Assembly: GCF_009914755.1 (NCBI RefSeq)
Contig: NC_060934.1
Reading direction: 5' to 3' (one strand)
Origin: the human T2T-CHM13v2.0 reference genome, Homo sapiens
Length of the DNA stretch: 64,000 bases
Both the position numbers and the translations under genes were made by a program. The notes under the pieces were generated by a model. The model saw only the letters and a list, made by a program, of their open reading frames with translations, had not been told where the DNA came from and searched no databases. Below are positions 1 to 16,803 of this stretch, piece by piece (the stretch's first letter is position 1; each line of letters starts with the position of its first letter).

Positions 1-795
1 AGGGGGATGGACTCTTGGTGACCCAGACAGGTATCATAGCCCAAGTAGGTTGAAGACAGTATGCATGCTGATTGGAAGTCTGCCCAACCTGGGCTGCCAG
101 AGGCGAAGTAGAACCAGGAAGGCTGCTTTGTGGAGGGTTGCCTTGGCATTGCGTCCAAGCAGGTGGCAACCACCACATGGGTGGCCCAGTATGAGGAAGC
201 AGAGGCTGAAGTTCTGCAGAGGGAATCTGCAGACAGAATCTCTATAGAGGAGTGGTCTGGTGCAGGGAATTAGAGCCCAAGCTGGATGAGGAGAGCATCT
301 GTGTGTGGGAGAGGGGTGGGAGGGAGAGCAGCCCAGAAAGTGGAATTAAGCCCAAGTTGGGTAAGGAGGGTATTTATGAAGGGAGCAGGTGGAAATGCAG
401 ATGGAAAAGTGGTTACAAACAGTGAAATATATTAAAGATAATGGGAGCCAAGTTTCTCATGGTTACAGAAAAGAGTAAAAAACATGAAAGGGAGAAAATG
501 ATAATAAAGCCCGTGGTGTTAGAAGTAATTAGTATGGGCTCTTGGTTTTTAATATATATGGTAATGGAAATAAACAAGGTACCTATGTGTGTGTTTATAC
601 AAATACATACATCCCCTGACTCTGTCCACTGAGGCAACTAGGAACAGTGACACCCCAGTAGTAATGAGCACTCCTAGTACCCAGATCATGGGTTCTAAGT
701 GCTAAGTACTATATTTCACTATAAGGAATGGGGGGCTCCTTGGAGAAATGGCTGAGTCCAGGGTTGGTGCAAGGAATGGGTAAAATGAATCTGGA

Positions 796-1161
<366 letters not shown>

Positions 1162-1531
1162 TCACAGAAGCACTAAAAGAATGACAACTTAAAGGGACAT
1201 AGAAGCTAGCTTGAAGGGGTTCCCACTGGCCAAATATGGGACAATTTGAGTATTATAATAATTTTAAGAATCAATAACCCATTGAATAAAATAGGAAATC
1301 ACAAGTCCATACAGATAAATTGATGAAAGCTTGATTATTGGGATATTAAGATAGTTTTAAAACTATTAATTACAGTAATTAACCCTGCAAAATCCTTGCT
1401 AATTGCAAGTGGGAAAAGAATGCACACTATCAGCAATGGAAGAAAATGAGATCATGTGTCAACTGAGAGCACACACCATTTCTGGGACATTCCTGACCAA
1501 GATTTCCACCCCGCACCCCTCCACCTGCCAC

Positions 1532-1813
1532 CGAGACAGAGTCTCACTCCGTTACCCAGGCTGGAGTGCAGTGGCATGATCTTGCCTCACTGCAACCTCC
1601 ACCTCCCCGGGTTCAAGCAATTCTCCTGCCTCAGCCTCCTGAGTAGCTGGGATTATAGGCATGTGCTACCACGCCCGGCTAATTTTTGTATTTTTAGTAG
1701 ACATGGGGTTTCACCATGTTGGCCAGGCTGTTCTTGAACTCCCGACCTCATGATATGCCTGCCTCAGCCTCCCAAAGTGCTGGGATTACAGGCATGAGAT
1801 ACCACGCCCAGCC
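1532..1813 (-). mobile_element. Alu (AluS-like)
   Basis: Antisense Alu dimer. Confidence 0.95.
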
Positions 1814-2043
1814 CCTGACCAAGATTTATAATTTGAGTCTAATCATGGAGAAACATCAGAACCCCAAGTTAAGAGGCATTCTAGAAAATAACCTGCCTAT
1901 AATCTTCAAAAGTGTCAAAGTTAGATGAATCAAAGAAACTGTTTCAGACTGAAAGAATCTAAAAAGACGTGACAAATAAATACAACCTGATTCTGCACTG
2001 AATCATTTTGCTATAAAGGTTATTACTAGAACAATGGGAAAAC

Positions 2044-2346
2044 TTTTTTTTTTTTTGAGACCGGGTCTTGTTCTGTTGCCAAGGCTGGAGTATAGTAGCT
2101 CAATCACGGCTAACTGCAGCCTTGACCTCCAGGACTCAAGCAATCCTCCTGCCTCAGCCCCCCAAGTAGCTGGAACTACAGGAGCACTACCGTGCCTGGT
2201 TAATTTTTGTGGGGGTTTTTTGTTGTTTTTTAGAGATGGAGTTTTGCTATGTTGCCTAGGCTGGTTTCGAACTCCTGACTCAAGAAATCCACGCACCTCA
2301 GCCTCCCAAAATGTTGAGATTACAGGCATGAGTCACCGCACCTGGC
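2044..2346 (-). mobile_element. Alu (AluJ-like)
   Basis: Poly-T then antisense Alu dimer. Confidence 0.95.
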
Positions 2347-2589
2347 CAGGAACATACGAATGAGATCTGAGGACTAGTGACTGTACCATGGTTACTTAGG
2401 AAAGTGTCCTTGTTGGTAGCAAATACTTGCTAAGATATTAGGGAGCGTTGAGGCATAAGGACAGCAATGTATTCTCAAATGATTCAGGAAAACACATGTT
2501 CATTGTACGTGCCTAAATTTTTCTATATGTTCGTCATGGTTTCAAAATAAGAAAATATTAACAATAGGAATTAAGAACAGATACTCAAA

Positions 2590-3405
<816 letters not shown>

Positions 3406-3416
3406 TACTAGAACTA

Positions 3417-3717
<301 letters not shown>

Positions 3718-3739
3718 TTATATATAGAAATATATTTCT

Positions 3740-4051
<312 letters not shown>

Positions 4052-4059
4052 CTATATTG

Positions 4060-4690
4060 AAAGAACTCTGTGTAGTAGGGTATAAGGGTAGAAGTCAACT
4101 AAAACCCTACTGCAGAAAGCCAGTTCAAGTTCATGGTACGTTGGACCACGATGGTAACAATGGAGGTGGTAACGAGTCTGATTCTAAATACATTTTCATG
4201 ATAGAGTCATGTGAGCTGTGAAAGGAAGAAACTAAATCACTAGTAATTCCAAGGATTTTAGATGTAGCAACTGAAAGAATATAGTTGCCTTCAGCTGATA
4301 TGGGAAGCCTGCAGCGGGAGCCAAAGAACTGGAGTTCAGTTTTGGCCGAGTTGAGTTTAAGATGATTATATAAGATCACTGAACAGAGATTTAAATAGGT
4401 ATTTGGCTATACAAGTCAGGAATTTGAGAGAGAAGTTTGGGCTATAGATATAAAATTTGGAAGTTGTTAGTGTCGCAATAATAGTTAAAACTGTTACCCA
4501 GGATGAGAATATCAATGAAGTGAATGTAGACTCAGAAGAGAACAGGAATAGGGACTGAACCCTGGAACACACTCGTATCAAAAAGTCTAAGAGAAGAGAT
4601 GTTGGCAAAAGAGACTGAAAAGTACTAACCAGTGAGGAAACCATGAACACACACGCTGCCCTGCAAGCTATGTGAAGAAAAGGTATCAAG
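4060..4690 (-). mobile_element. L2 LINE ORF2 (RT C-terminal) remnant
   Basis: Minus-strand translations HLKLNSAKTELQFF and SKFYIYSPNFS match the L2/CR1-clade LKLNxxKTE motif downstream of YADD. Confidence 0.8.
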
Positions 4691-4694
4691 GAGA

Positions 4695-5316
4695 TGTGAA
4701 AGGAAATTCAATCTCGGGACCCCAAACTCATTAAGCCAAAGGAAAAAGTCAAGCTGGGAACTGGGTCACGCAAACCTGCCCACCCCCTTTTGGTTCCTAA
4801 ATAAGATGGCTACGAGATGAAAAGCTACACGCCTCCCCCATATTTTGCCCACAAGGCAATTCCTAGTGAACTGCAAGATCTTTTAAGGTGTTTCTGTTAA
4901 AACTTCACCATGGCAATGTAAATTGGCATCTTATCCTTACAGGTGCAGTCACCTCCAGCCCACCAGACACAATGCATATCTGATTGCTCCCCTGCCCCAT
5001 TTAGTCTAGGTCATCTTAGGTAAAAGGCAGATTCCCTGCATTTTCCCTCTGCCCCATTTATCTATGTCATCTTATGCTAAAAAAAAAAATGCAGATTCAC
5101 TGAACCAAAGGCAGGAATTACTATTTTTCCCTATTCCCCTTTTGCATGAAAATCATATACTTCTCAATACCCCGCCCTTTCCCCTTTAAATTTGGAGTCC
5201 TCAGAATCATGTCTGGAGAAAGGCATAGATCTGTCTCCTGGGCACGCATCCTTCACTTTGGCAAAAGAAACTCCTAAAATGATTGAGACTTGTCTCGTCA
5301 TTTTTCTCAATTGACA
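4695..5316 (+). mobile_element. MER4-family ERV1 solo LTR
   Basis: Starts TGTGAAAGGAAATTCAATCTCGGGACCCCAAA...AAGTCAAGCTGGGAACTG, ends TTGACA (TG...CA termini). Confidence 0.85.
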
Positions 5317-5624
5317 TCGGAATGTGTGATACTTTATGTCACATCCTGCTGATGGCTCACATGAGATGATAGAATTTTGAAGGTATGTTATTAGGAGCAA
5401 ACACATTTGGGGTCCTTATGGGTACTTTTATGAAATTACCATGCTATTATTTTGAAATATTCCTCTTTATTTCTTACAATGTTCTTGATCTTGAAGTGTA
5501 TTGTCAGATATTAACATAGCCATATCAGACAATAACTTTATTAGAGTTAGTGCTTACATAGCTTTTACTTTCAATTCTTTAACTTTCAACCTATCAGTAT
5601 CTTCATATTTAAAATGTGCTTCTT

Positions 5625-5921
5625 GGCCAGGTGCAGTGGCATATGCCGGTAATCACAGCACTTTGGGAGGCTGAGGCAGGAAGATCACTTAAGGCCAGGA
5701 GTTTGACACCAGCCTGGGCAACATACCAAGACTGCATCTCTACCGAAAAGCTAAAAATTAGCTGGGCACGGTGGTGCGTGCCTGTGATCCCAGCACTTTG
5801 GGAGGCTGGAGTGGAAGAATCATATGAGCCCAGGAGTTGAAGGCTTTAGCGAGCAATGATCACGCCACTTCTTGCCAGCCTGGGTGACAGAACAAGACAT
5901 CGTCTCTTAAAAAAAAATAAA
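5625..5921 (+). mobile_element. Alu (AluJ)
   Basis: Full dimer. Confidence 0.95.
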
Positions 5922-6054
5922 TGAAGTATGCCTCTTGTAAACAGCATATAGTTAGGTGATGTTTTGTTATTCGGACTGACACAATCTGGTAATGGAGTAT
6001 TAATTCCTTTTGCACTTAATACAATTAATTATTGATATAGTTTAAGTTTACCAT

Positions 6055-6059
<5 letters not shown>

Positions 6060-6097
<38 letters not shown>

Positions 6098-6377
6098 AGA
6101 CTGAGTCTCGCTCTGTCACCCAGGCTGGAGTGCAGAGGCTCGATCTCGGCTCACTGCAAGCTCTGCCTCCCAGGTTCACACCATTCTCCTGCCTCAGCCT
6201 CCTGAGTAGCTGGGACTACAGGTGCCCACGACCACGCCTGGCTAATTTTTGTATTTTTTTAGTGGAGACGGGGTTTCATCACGTTAGCCAGGATGGTCTC
6301 CATCTCCTGACCTCGTGATCCGCCCACCTTGGCCTCCCAAACTGCTGGGATTACAGGCATGAACCACTATGCCTGGC
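6060..6377 (-). mobile_element. Alu (AluY-like)
   Basis: Long poly-T; CAAGCTC, CCATTCTC and GTTAGCCAGGATGG diagnostics; TSD (T)ACCATCTTGCT/TACTATCTTGCT. Confidence 0.93.
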
Positions 6378-7222
6378 CTACTATCTTGCTATTTGGTTAC
6401 CAGTTATCCCTTCTGTTCTTTGTTCCTTTACTCAACCTTTTCTGCCTCCTTTTGGATTAAAAACTTTTTTTTTACTTTACTTTTACTTCTTAGCTATACA
6501 TTTATTTTGTTCAATGGTTACTCTTGACATTATTATACATATCCTTATTTATTTGCCTTGAATTATTTTATTACTTCATGTACAATACAAAAACTATAGT
6601 TTCACTCACCTGCCCTGTGTGCTGCTAGTATCATATATTTTACCTTTATATGTTATAAATTACATAATATGTTTTTATCATTGCATTTTTATCATTGCTT
6701 AAGATAGCCAGTAATCTTCCAAATATGTTCAAGTTACCTTTATGCTGTTTTCCGTTCATTCCTGTACATCTGTTATTCAACAGATGGGAATATTTACCAT
6801 TTAGCCTAAAATATTTTCTATATTATTTCTTGTAGTATTGGATCTGCTGACAAAGAATTCTCTCAGCTCATGTTTCTCTAAATCATTATCTTCATTTTGA
6901 ATTTTATTTTGGCCGGATATAGAATTCTGGATGGGCTGGGATTGGGGGCTTTTTTTAACTTGTACTCTGAAGAAGCAATGCCATTGTGTTCTGACTTCCA
7001 TTGCTTCTGATGAGAGGCTTATTTCAACCATTTGTTGTTCCCCAGCATAAAATATATCTTTTCTCCTCTGACTGCTTTTAAGACTTTTTCTTTGGCTTTC
7101 AGAAATTTGATGATTTGCCAGGGTGTACTTTTCCTTCTATTTGTCCAGATTGGGGTTAGATGAGCATCTTCAGTCTGTTAGTATGTTTCATCGATTTTGG
7201 AAAATATTCAGCCATTAATCCC

Positions 7223-7485
7223 TTTTTTTTTTTCTCTTTTTGAGACAGGGTCTCCCCTTGTTGCCCAGGCTCAGGGGCAACAAACTACTGCCCCTGTGCC
7301 ATTGGTTTGGTTTGCCCAAACCATTGAACAAAATATAGATTGCAATGGAAGGATCATAGCTCACTGCAGCCTTGACCACCCAGATTCAAGTGATTCCACC
7401 ACCTCAGCCTCCTGAGTAGCTGGTGTGCACCACTATGCCTGGCTAATTTGTCGTAGACAGGGTTTCGTCGTGTTGCCCAGGCTGA
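7223..7485 (-). mobile_element. Partial Alu with a 65-nt non-Alu insert
   Basis: Antisense Alu interrupted at 7272-7336. Confidence 0.85.
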
Positions 7486-8511
7486 GCCATTATCTCTTTG
7501 TATTTACTCTCTCTCTCTCTCTCCTCCCTCACCCACCACCCTGGTGATTTCAGTCACATGTATTAAACCATTTGTTACTGTCCTTCATGTCTCGAATGCT
7601 ATTTTCTTCCATTCTCTTTTCAGTCTGTTTCAGTTTAGATCATTTTTATTCTCTATCTTCAAGTTTACTGGTCCTTTCTTCTGCTGTGTCCAGTTTGCTG
7701 TTAAGTCCATTGAATAAATCCTTAACTTTAGATGTTGCATATTTTAGTCCTAAAGTATCAATTTGGTTTTTTACTAGCATTTCATAGTTTTTAAAACTCT
7801 CCACGTTTTCATTCATTTATCTCATTTTTTATATTTTCTTGAAAATATTTATAATTGTTCAAGTCTTTAATCTGTTCATTCCAACATCTGGATCATCTGT
7901 GAGTCAACTTCCCTTAACTATATTTCCTCTTGGCTCATTTCTCATCATTGTTTGCATGTCTCATATACTGTTTTAATTGTATCTCAGACATTATTATTTT
8001 AAAACTGTGGAAACTTAAGTAATATTTTCCCCTGGAGAGGACATACCCTTTCTTCTGTCTGGCAGTCAAGGTGAGGAACTGATTACTTTGATCCAATCAG
8101 GAACTGCGCTGGGTTGAGGCTGGGTTGCCACTTTATTTTTGGTTCACTCCTGGTTTCAAATATCTTAACAGCAAGATTTGCCGTGTATATCAATCAATCT
8201 CTGTTTTCCAGCTCTTTCCTCAGCTTCCCACAGCCACTCACACTCAGCAAAATTCTGAGGGAGGGGGAAAAACAGAAATGAGGAAAAACTAGCTGTGCCT
8301 TTGAAGTTCCTCTATGTTCTAATCTGTCACCAGCCTACCCACGATGGTTTCGAGTTCTGCTGGTATTTCATTACCCCCAGAAAGTCCTCTGCCTGTGGCA
8401 GATCAAATAATTGGCCTGTCCATGTCCTAATTTGTTAATTTGCCCTGGGATGAAATTGGCTACAGCTTTCTCTCACCTAGAAAAGGTTTACCCTTCTCTG
8501 GAATGCAGTCC

Positions 8512-9140
8512 TGTCATAGGTCTTTGAACCAGAGCAACTCCATCTTGAGTAGGGACTGGGTAAAATAAGGCTGAGACCCACTGGACTGTATTTCCAGAAA
8601 GTTAAGAAACTCTTAGTCACAGGATGAGACAGGAGGTAGGCACAAGATACAGGTCATAAAGACCTTGCTGATAAAAAGGTTGCAGAAAAGCAGCAGCCAA
8701 ATCCCACCAAAACCAAGACGGCAACAAGTGCGACCTCTGGTCATCCTCACTGCTACACTCCCAGCAGCACCATGACTGTTTACAAATGACATGGCAACAT
8801 GAGGAAGTTACCCTATATGGTCTAAAAAGGGAAGGCATGAATAATCCACCCCTTGTTTGGCATATAGTCAAGAAATAACCATAAAGATGGACAACCAGCA
8901 GCCTTCGGGGCTGCTCTGCCTATGGAGTAACCATTCTTTTCTTCCCTTACTTTCCTAATAAACTTGCTTTCACTTTACGGATTCTCCCTGAATTCTTTAT
9001 TGCTTGAGATGCAAGAACCCTCTCTTGTGGTCTGGATTGGGACCCCTTTTCAGTAACATCTAAGGACCATGGAAGAGACAATACTAAGGAAACCTCCAAC
9101 CCAAAGGCTAATTTTGGGTAAGTGGTGACATCCAGTAACA
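8512..9140 (+). mobile_element. MER41 (MER41A-type) ERV1 LTR with 3' extension
   Basis: TGTCATAGGTCTTTGAACCAGAGCAACTCCATCTTG start; AATAAA ~8957; CAGTAACA at 9051-9058 and again at 9133-9140; flanks GTCC/GTTC. Confidence 0.88.
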
Positions 9141-9598
9141 GTTCCTTTACATTTCTTTGCACCCTCTGCTGGCTTTTAAAATATTTAGATTTTATATTTG
9201 CCCATTTTATTATGGCAGAAATGATTGTCTATCACAAACTTTTTCATCCTACCTAGAAGATATTTTTGACCAGTATCTTGTTTAACTCTCCTTTCTCTCC
9301 CAATTTTCTTCCTATAACACAGGAAACAGAGGTGATTTTATACACCTCCTTCTTGCCAATTCCAGATGCCTAGCTAAGCATTAATCACAGATACTGGTAT
9401 TTTCTATGTATTTTGCAAGTACTCTGTGACCTGAATCCCTGGTTTAGCAATTAATGTGCCAAAATATAAAAAGATTAGTGCAAAAAGAGTTTAGTAATTT
9501 CCTTTCCAACAAGTAGGTAAGTTAACAAGACAATTTTGACTATAAAGGCCTATTTTGAAAGTCAAAAGCTGACCTTATTTCTATTCCTTTAACAAACC

Positions 9599-10234
<636 letters not shown>

Positions 10235-10435
10235 CAACAACTGCTAATTCTTCTCTATCTCCCGTCTCCCACCCCCAGAAGATACATGACCCAAGCCAGT
10301 TAGAGCCACATTTATGTATGTACTTAAGAAAGCAAAACAGATCAAATTACACATTTCAAAACATTAGCTCTGTACACTATAATCTTATGTGGGGTGATAA
10401 TGATGACAATGGGAATCTGAGAATGGGGGAGGGGT

Positions 10436-10980
10436 TGAGAGAGGAGAAAAGAAGAAACTGGTCAGGCAGTGAGGGCGGGTCCTTGGTTGAATTCTTTAAA
10501 CAAAAGAACAGCTTGCAGGCACAGGTAAGAGAATTTTCACAGGGGGGCTTGCCTAAGACTTGCCTAGAGCCAAACAGATAAAGGCTACACAGACGAGTTG
10601 TCCAGACATGCCCACAATAGAAAATTCCGTCCCCTAACACATGCATGGTAAGGGGAACAAAGCAATATGGAGTAACTGAAGCTAAGGGCCCACATGCCCA
10701 CCAGGAGGTGGAGCTACCAGAAACTTGCACCTTATGCACATGAGATGCCCACCCTCATTGGTTTCTTATAAAAAGCCTTTGCAGTTAACTGTAAAAATGG
10801 AAACCATCTTCCAGGTGCCCTTTCTGTGGCAGAGAGATTTCTTCTTTTGCATATTACTTTTGCTCCAACTTCACCCTTTGTGTCCTGGCTCCTTAATTCT
10901 CTTGGTCATGAGACAAAGAACTCTGGGTGATACCTCACAAGGAGAGACTGCTACATTGTGGTACAATGGCCAGACTATAA
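10436..10980 (+). mobile_element. ERV1 solo LTR (MER83/MER84-like)
   Basis: TGAGAGAGGAGAAAAGAAGAAACTGGTCAGGCAG start; TATAAAA ~10767; CTTAATTCTCTTGGTCATGAGACAAAGAAC 3' block. Confidence 0.65.
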
Positions 10981-11258
10981 TAGAGGCAAATACAAAGGGC
11001 CACTTCAGTGGCAGATTCTTCAGAAAACTGCTACCAACTCACTTTAATTACTTACCCTTCTTAAAAAGTGAACATTTGTTTGTGGTTGTGCTGAGTTGAT
11101 TAGTGTCCCTCCAAAATTAATGTCCACTAGGAAAGTCAGAAAATGATGGTATTTAAAAATAAATTCTTTGTAGGTGTAATGAAGCTAAAACGGGGTCATC
11201 TTGGATTAGGGTGAGCTCTGAATCTAATGACTAGTGTCCTTAGAAGGAGGGAGAGATT

Positions 11259-11736
<478 letters not shown>

Positions 11737-12264
11737 CTAGAACAAAGTCTCTCTAAGAGTTCCTGGAAGGAATCAACCCTGCCAACACCTTGACTTAGGA
11801 CTTCCAGCCTCCAGAACCGTTAGAGAATCCATTTCCATTGTTTTAGGCCACTCAGTTTTTGTTAATTTGTTATGGCTGTCCCAGGCAACTAACAGAGTAG
11901 TTAATTCTCTCCTTTAAAATGACCCAGGGGAAGAAAAGCAAGAAAAAGTTCTGATTGTTTTTTTTTTTTTCTTATCTCTCTGATATTGATAATGACTTGT
12001 CATGGGGAGAAAGAATAGTTTGTGTTATTTATCACACGTATCTGAAAAGGATAATCGAATCTCTAAGTAGGAAAACAAAAATAGCCAATGGCAATAGCAA
12101 AATGCATTGGCTACAAGACTCATAACAATAAGAAAAATGTTCCAAAATATGTGATAAAGGTGACGATTTCACAAGGAGATTAGCTGGTTGGTCAACGTGC
12201 AGAGCTTGAGAGAGCAACATGGAGTCAAGTGAACAGGTTGTGGAGTTAGAGATAGCACAAATCT

Positions 12265-12541
12265 GGGTTATGCACAGTGGCTCACGCCTCTAATCCCAGC
12301 ACTTTGGGAGGCCAAGGCGAGCAGATCACTGGAGGTCAGGAGTTCGAGACAAGCCTGGCCAACATGGTAAAACCCCATCTCTACCAAAAATACAAAAATT
12401 ATCCAGGCATCGTGGCATGGGCCTGTAGTCCAGCTACTCAGGAGGCTAAGACAGAAGAATCACTTGAGCCTGGGAGGCTGAGGTTGCAGTGAGCTGATAT
12501 CACACCACTGCACTTCTCTGGGCAACAGAGAAACACCCTGA
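12265..12541 (+). mobile_element. Alu with (CA)n tail to ~12573
   Basis: Dimer followed by ACATACACACAC... Confidence 0.93.
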
Positions 12542-12582
12542 CATACACACACACATACACACACACACGCACAAAGAAATTA

Positions 12583-13023
12583 TGGGTTAGAAGTCATATA
12601 ACTGGAGGCTACAAGATTCTGACCCTCCCTAAACTGCTCCTAAGATCTGTGCTTGAGATATTTTGCAGATCCTGTACTTGATGGATCAAGTACACCACCC
12701 AGATCGATAAACTGGCTCATCTGATCTTGCGGCCTCCACCCAGGAACGGACTCAGTATAAGAGGACAGCTTTAATTCTCTATGATTCATCTCTGACCCAA
12801 TCAATCAGCACTTCCAACTCAATGGCCTTCCCCAACCCACCAAGTTACCCTGAAGAGCTCTAATCCCTGAATCCTCAGAGAAACTGATCTGAGTAATAAT
12901 AAAACTCTGATCTCCTGCACAGCTGACTCTGTGTGAATTACTCTTTCTCTATTGCAGTTCCCCTGTCTTGATAAATTGGCTCTGTCTAGGCAACAGGCAA
13001 GGTGAACCCACTGGGTGGTTACA
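12583..13023 (+). mobile_element. LTR8-family ERV1 LTR (3' part)
   Basis: GATAAACTGGCTCATCTGATCTTG, GAGTAATAATAAAACT, ends GCAAGGTGAACCCACTGGGTGGTTACA. Confidence 0.85.
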
Positions 13024-13044
13024 CTATTATTACATTGATACCAT

Positions 13045-13250
13045 TTATTGACCACTATGTGCTGGACACTGCTAATTCCTTTACATCATCTAATTTAAAA
13101 CCCCATTTGGTTGGTATTATGACTCCAATGTTCAAATGAGCAGAAGTGAAGATTTGAAAATTTAAGTAATTTGACGCATGTCACACAGGCAAGTGGCGAA
13201 GGATTTGAATTCAGAGTCTGCAGGATCTCAAAAGCCATGCTCTAAGTCTA
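13045..13250 (-). mobile_element. MIR remnant
   Basis: TAAGTAATTTG...GTCACACAG...GGATTTGAATTCAGAGTCTG. Confidence 0.6.
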
Positions 13251-13660
13251 AGCATCTATGCATCACTATCTCATTTCAAGGAAAAAAGGGCATGCTGGTT
13301 TAGATGAAAATTCAGAATTCTTCTAATTTTTTTTGGAGGCTATTATAAATGATTTATATGATCCTTTCCTAAGTATTTCCAGAAGTGATACCTGATTTGA
13401 TATTTGATTTTTAATTTCTGGTTCTTTTATAGAGGAATATGTACTTATTATGGGGTATACCCAGAGTGCTTGGTGGGTTCATCCTTAAAGAGAATTAGAG
13501 AGGCAGAGTGAAGCTTCTCCAGAAACATTAAGTGAAGAATGACAAATTAATCAAGCATTTGTAACCACATCTTTTAATCAGAGAAAAGTTTTTGCAAGAA
13601 ACAGCCTTACTGCAAGGCAAGGCAAGTCATTAATTTAATAATTACAAAGCAGCAATTTTG

Positions 13661-13950
13661 GGCCAGGCATAGTGGCTCACGCCTGGAATTGTTGCACTTT
13701 GGGAGGCTGATGAAGGACGATTGCTTTATCCCAAGTTCAAGACCAGCCTGGGTAACATAGCAAGTCCCCTATCTCTATAAAAAAATAAAAATAAAAGATA
13801 AAATAATAAAACTTAGCTGGGCGTGGTGAGTGCCTATAGCCCTAGCTTTTACGGAGGCTGAGAAGGGAGGATCCACTGAGCCCAGGAGTTTGAGACCAGC
13901 CCACAGAGAAACCTCATCTTAAAAACAAAACAAAAAAAGAAAAAAAAAAA
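13661..13950 (+). mobile_element. Alu (AluJ, rearranged right arm)
   Basis: Alu with TSD CAGCAATTTT. Confidence 0.9.
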
Positions 13951-14456
13951 CCAGCAATTTTTGAAAACATTATTGTGGAAATCAGATACTCTTGCTAGCA
14001 GGTTTAGGTTTGTTTTGGTCTGAAAAAGGAAAATATGAAGACACAAGAAAGGCTTAGTTTGGATTCCTTTAAACATTCTTATCTTTTTAAAAGGAGAATT
14101 GTCCAATTAAAGTTGGAAAAATTACAAGGTACAATTATATATCCTTCTGCTGAGCGTGAGACCTCCTTCTGTCCGCTGCGGATTTCCCCTAGATGCTGTC
14201 ATCCCTGATTGTGGATCACAAGTCCTAGCGGTTCACTTTGATTCAGAGCCTCAACTCACCAGGCGTTGAAATCTGCCACCATCCAGCTCTGACAAAGGGA
14301 CATTAACAGCTGAGTGCTGTCAGTGTGCCGATGGTCCTATTGCCAACACCATTTCCTCATTTCTCGAGTGGTATCATCGCACATTTTATAGGAGCAATGG
14401 ATGGAAATGGATCCCAAGGTACTAAGATAGTATCCTGGACCAAAACTTCTAGTAAC

Positions 14457-14842
<386 letters not shown>

Positions 14843-15038
14843 TAGGCAATTAAGCAATTCTGTTGGCGTGAATTTCTACTATTCTTCTGTGTTTAAAGAG
14901 ATGATGAAATTGGTTGTCTGAGGTCATGTGCAAGGCCAGTACTTAACAATCACTCTACAAATAAACTCCTCAGTATTTGTGATAAAATTAAGTAAGGGAC
15001 ACATTGAAGAAGACAAGTCTCTGCCTCATGGTTGCTTA

Positions 15039-15443
<405 letters not shown>

Positions 15444-15854
15444 CTAAGTTTTCAAACATGATAATATTGAGGTCTCTTTTCTGTTAGTGCTTAAGCTGCT
15501 TGCTGCTTTGATCATCTGAAGCTGCTAATGAAAGCTTTATTTCACATTTTGAATTCATACCTGCTCATTTGACATTTATTGCTGCTGATGTAAAAGATAT
15601 TTCACCAATAATACAGGCTTGCTCTGCTTTATGGTCATTTGTATGTCTAAGAATTCATCACACTCTAAGAGCAGAGAGTAGCAATTTAAAATAAGGCAAC
15701 ATAATATGGCTGGTGATGAACTATTATTCTCTATTAAACACATTTTAATAAATATCCATGTATTAGTTAACTATAAAGGAAGTGTTTAAGATTAAGAAGA
15801 GCATATGTGAAAGACCCTATCTTCCTATTACTATAGCACCACTCATATTTGTAG

Positions 15855-16143
<289 letters not shown>

Positions 16144-16344
16144 CTTTGTGTAGGCTTCTATTTGAAACACAATTGCTTCTATATTGGCCATTAGGACACT
16201 TTCAGCTGCATAAAATAAAACACAGCTCAGAACGGCATGAACAATAGACACTGGTCACAAGGATTGAAGCCTAGAGGTAGACCTTCCACAGAGCTGCTTA
16301 ACTTAGCAGTGATGATATCATCAAACATCCAACGCTTTCTTTTC

Positions 16345-16457
16345 TGGAGTGACCAACTTGTCCCAGTTTTCTGGGACTTTCCTGGTTTTAGCACTTCAAA
16401 TGAGAAGTCCTGAGAACCCCCTTAGTCTGAGATAAACCTGGATGGTTGGTCACCCTA
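16345..16457 (-). mobile_element. MER81/MER94-like hAT-Blackjack MITE
   Basis: Terminal inverted repeats GTGACCAAC...GTTGGTCACCCTA, ~113 bp. Confidence 0.75.
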
Positions 16458-16803
16458 TGAGTCCTTTCACCCTCAGGGTGCTAGCTTTGGTCCTGGGGCC
16501 TGTGCTCTCATTGCTAAAAATGACTACATCAGCTTGAGTTCTCTATATTCAAATTCATTCAGAGACAGAAAAGACTATTTCTCTTTCTGTACCTCTATTT
16601 TAAAGCATTAAACTGTCCTAGAAACTGTCCAACAGATTTCCCCAGACGTCCCATTGGTCGGAACTATCTGACGTCCCCTTTCCTCAACCAGACCCTGGCT
16701 AAGGAAAGGGAATTGCCAGGACAGGTGTACCCTAATCAAGATTCAGCTGCCTGGGGATGTGGACGTCATCTTCCCCAAGCAGTGATGGGGAAAACAAGAA
16801 AAA

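Larger units (their letters stand above)
5340..8500 (-). mobile_element. Old L1M remnant (antisense), split by Alus
   Basis: T-rich strand with L1-like motifs (CTTGTAAACAGCATATAGTTAGG, GGATATAGAATTCTGG, CTGCTTTTAAGACTTTTTC). Confidence 0.65.

Noticed and set aside
4960-5100. Imperfect direct repeats CTGCCCCATTTA...GCAGATTC
   Set aside because: Internal repeats of the MER4 LTR, not a separate element
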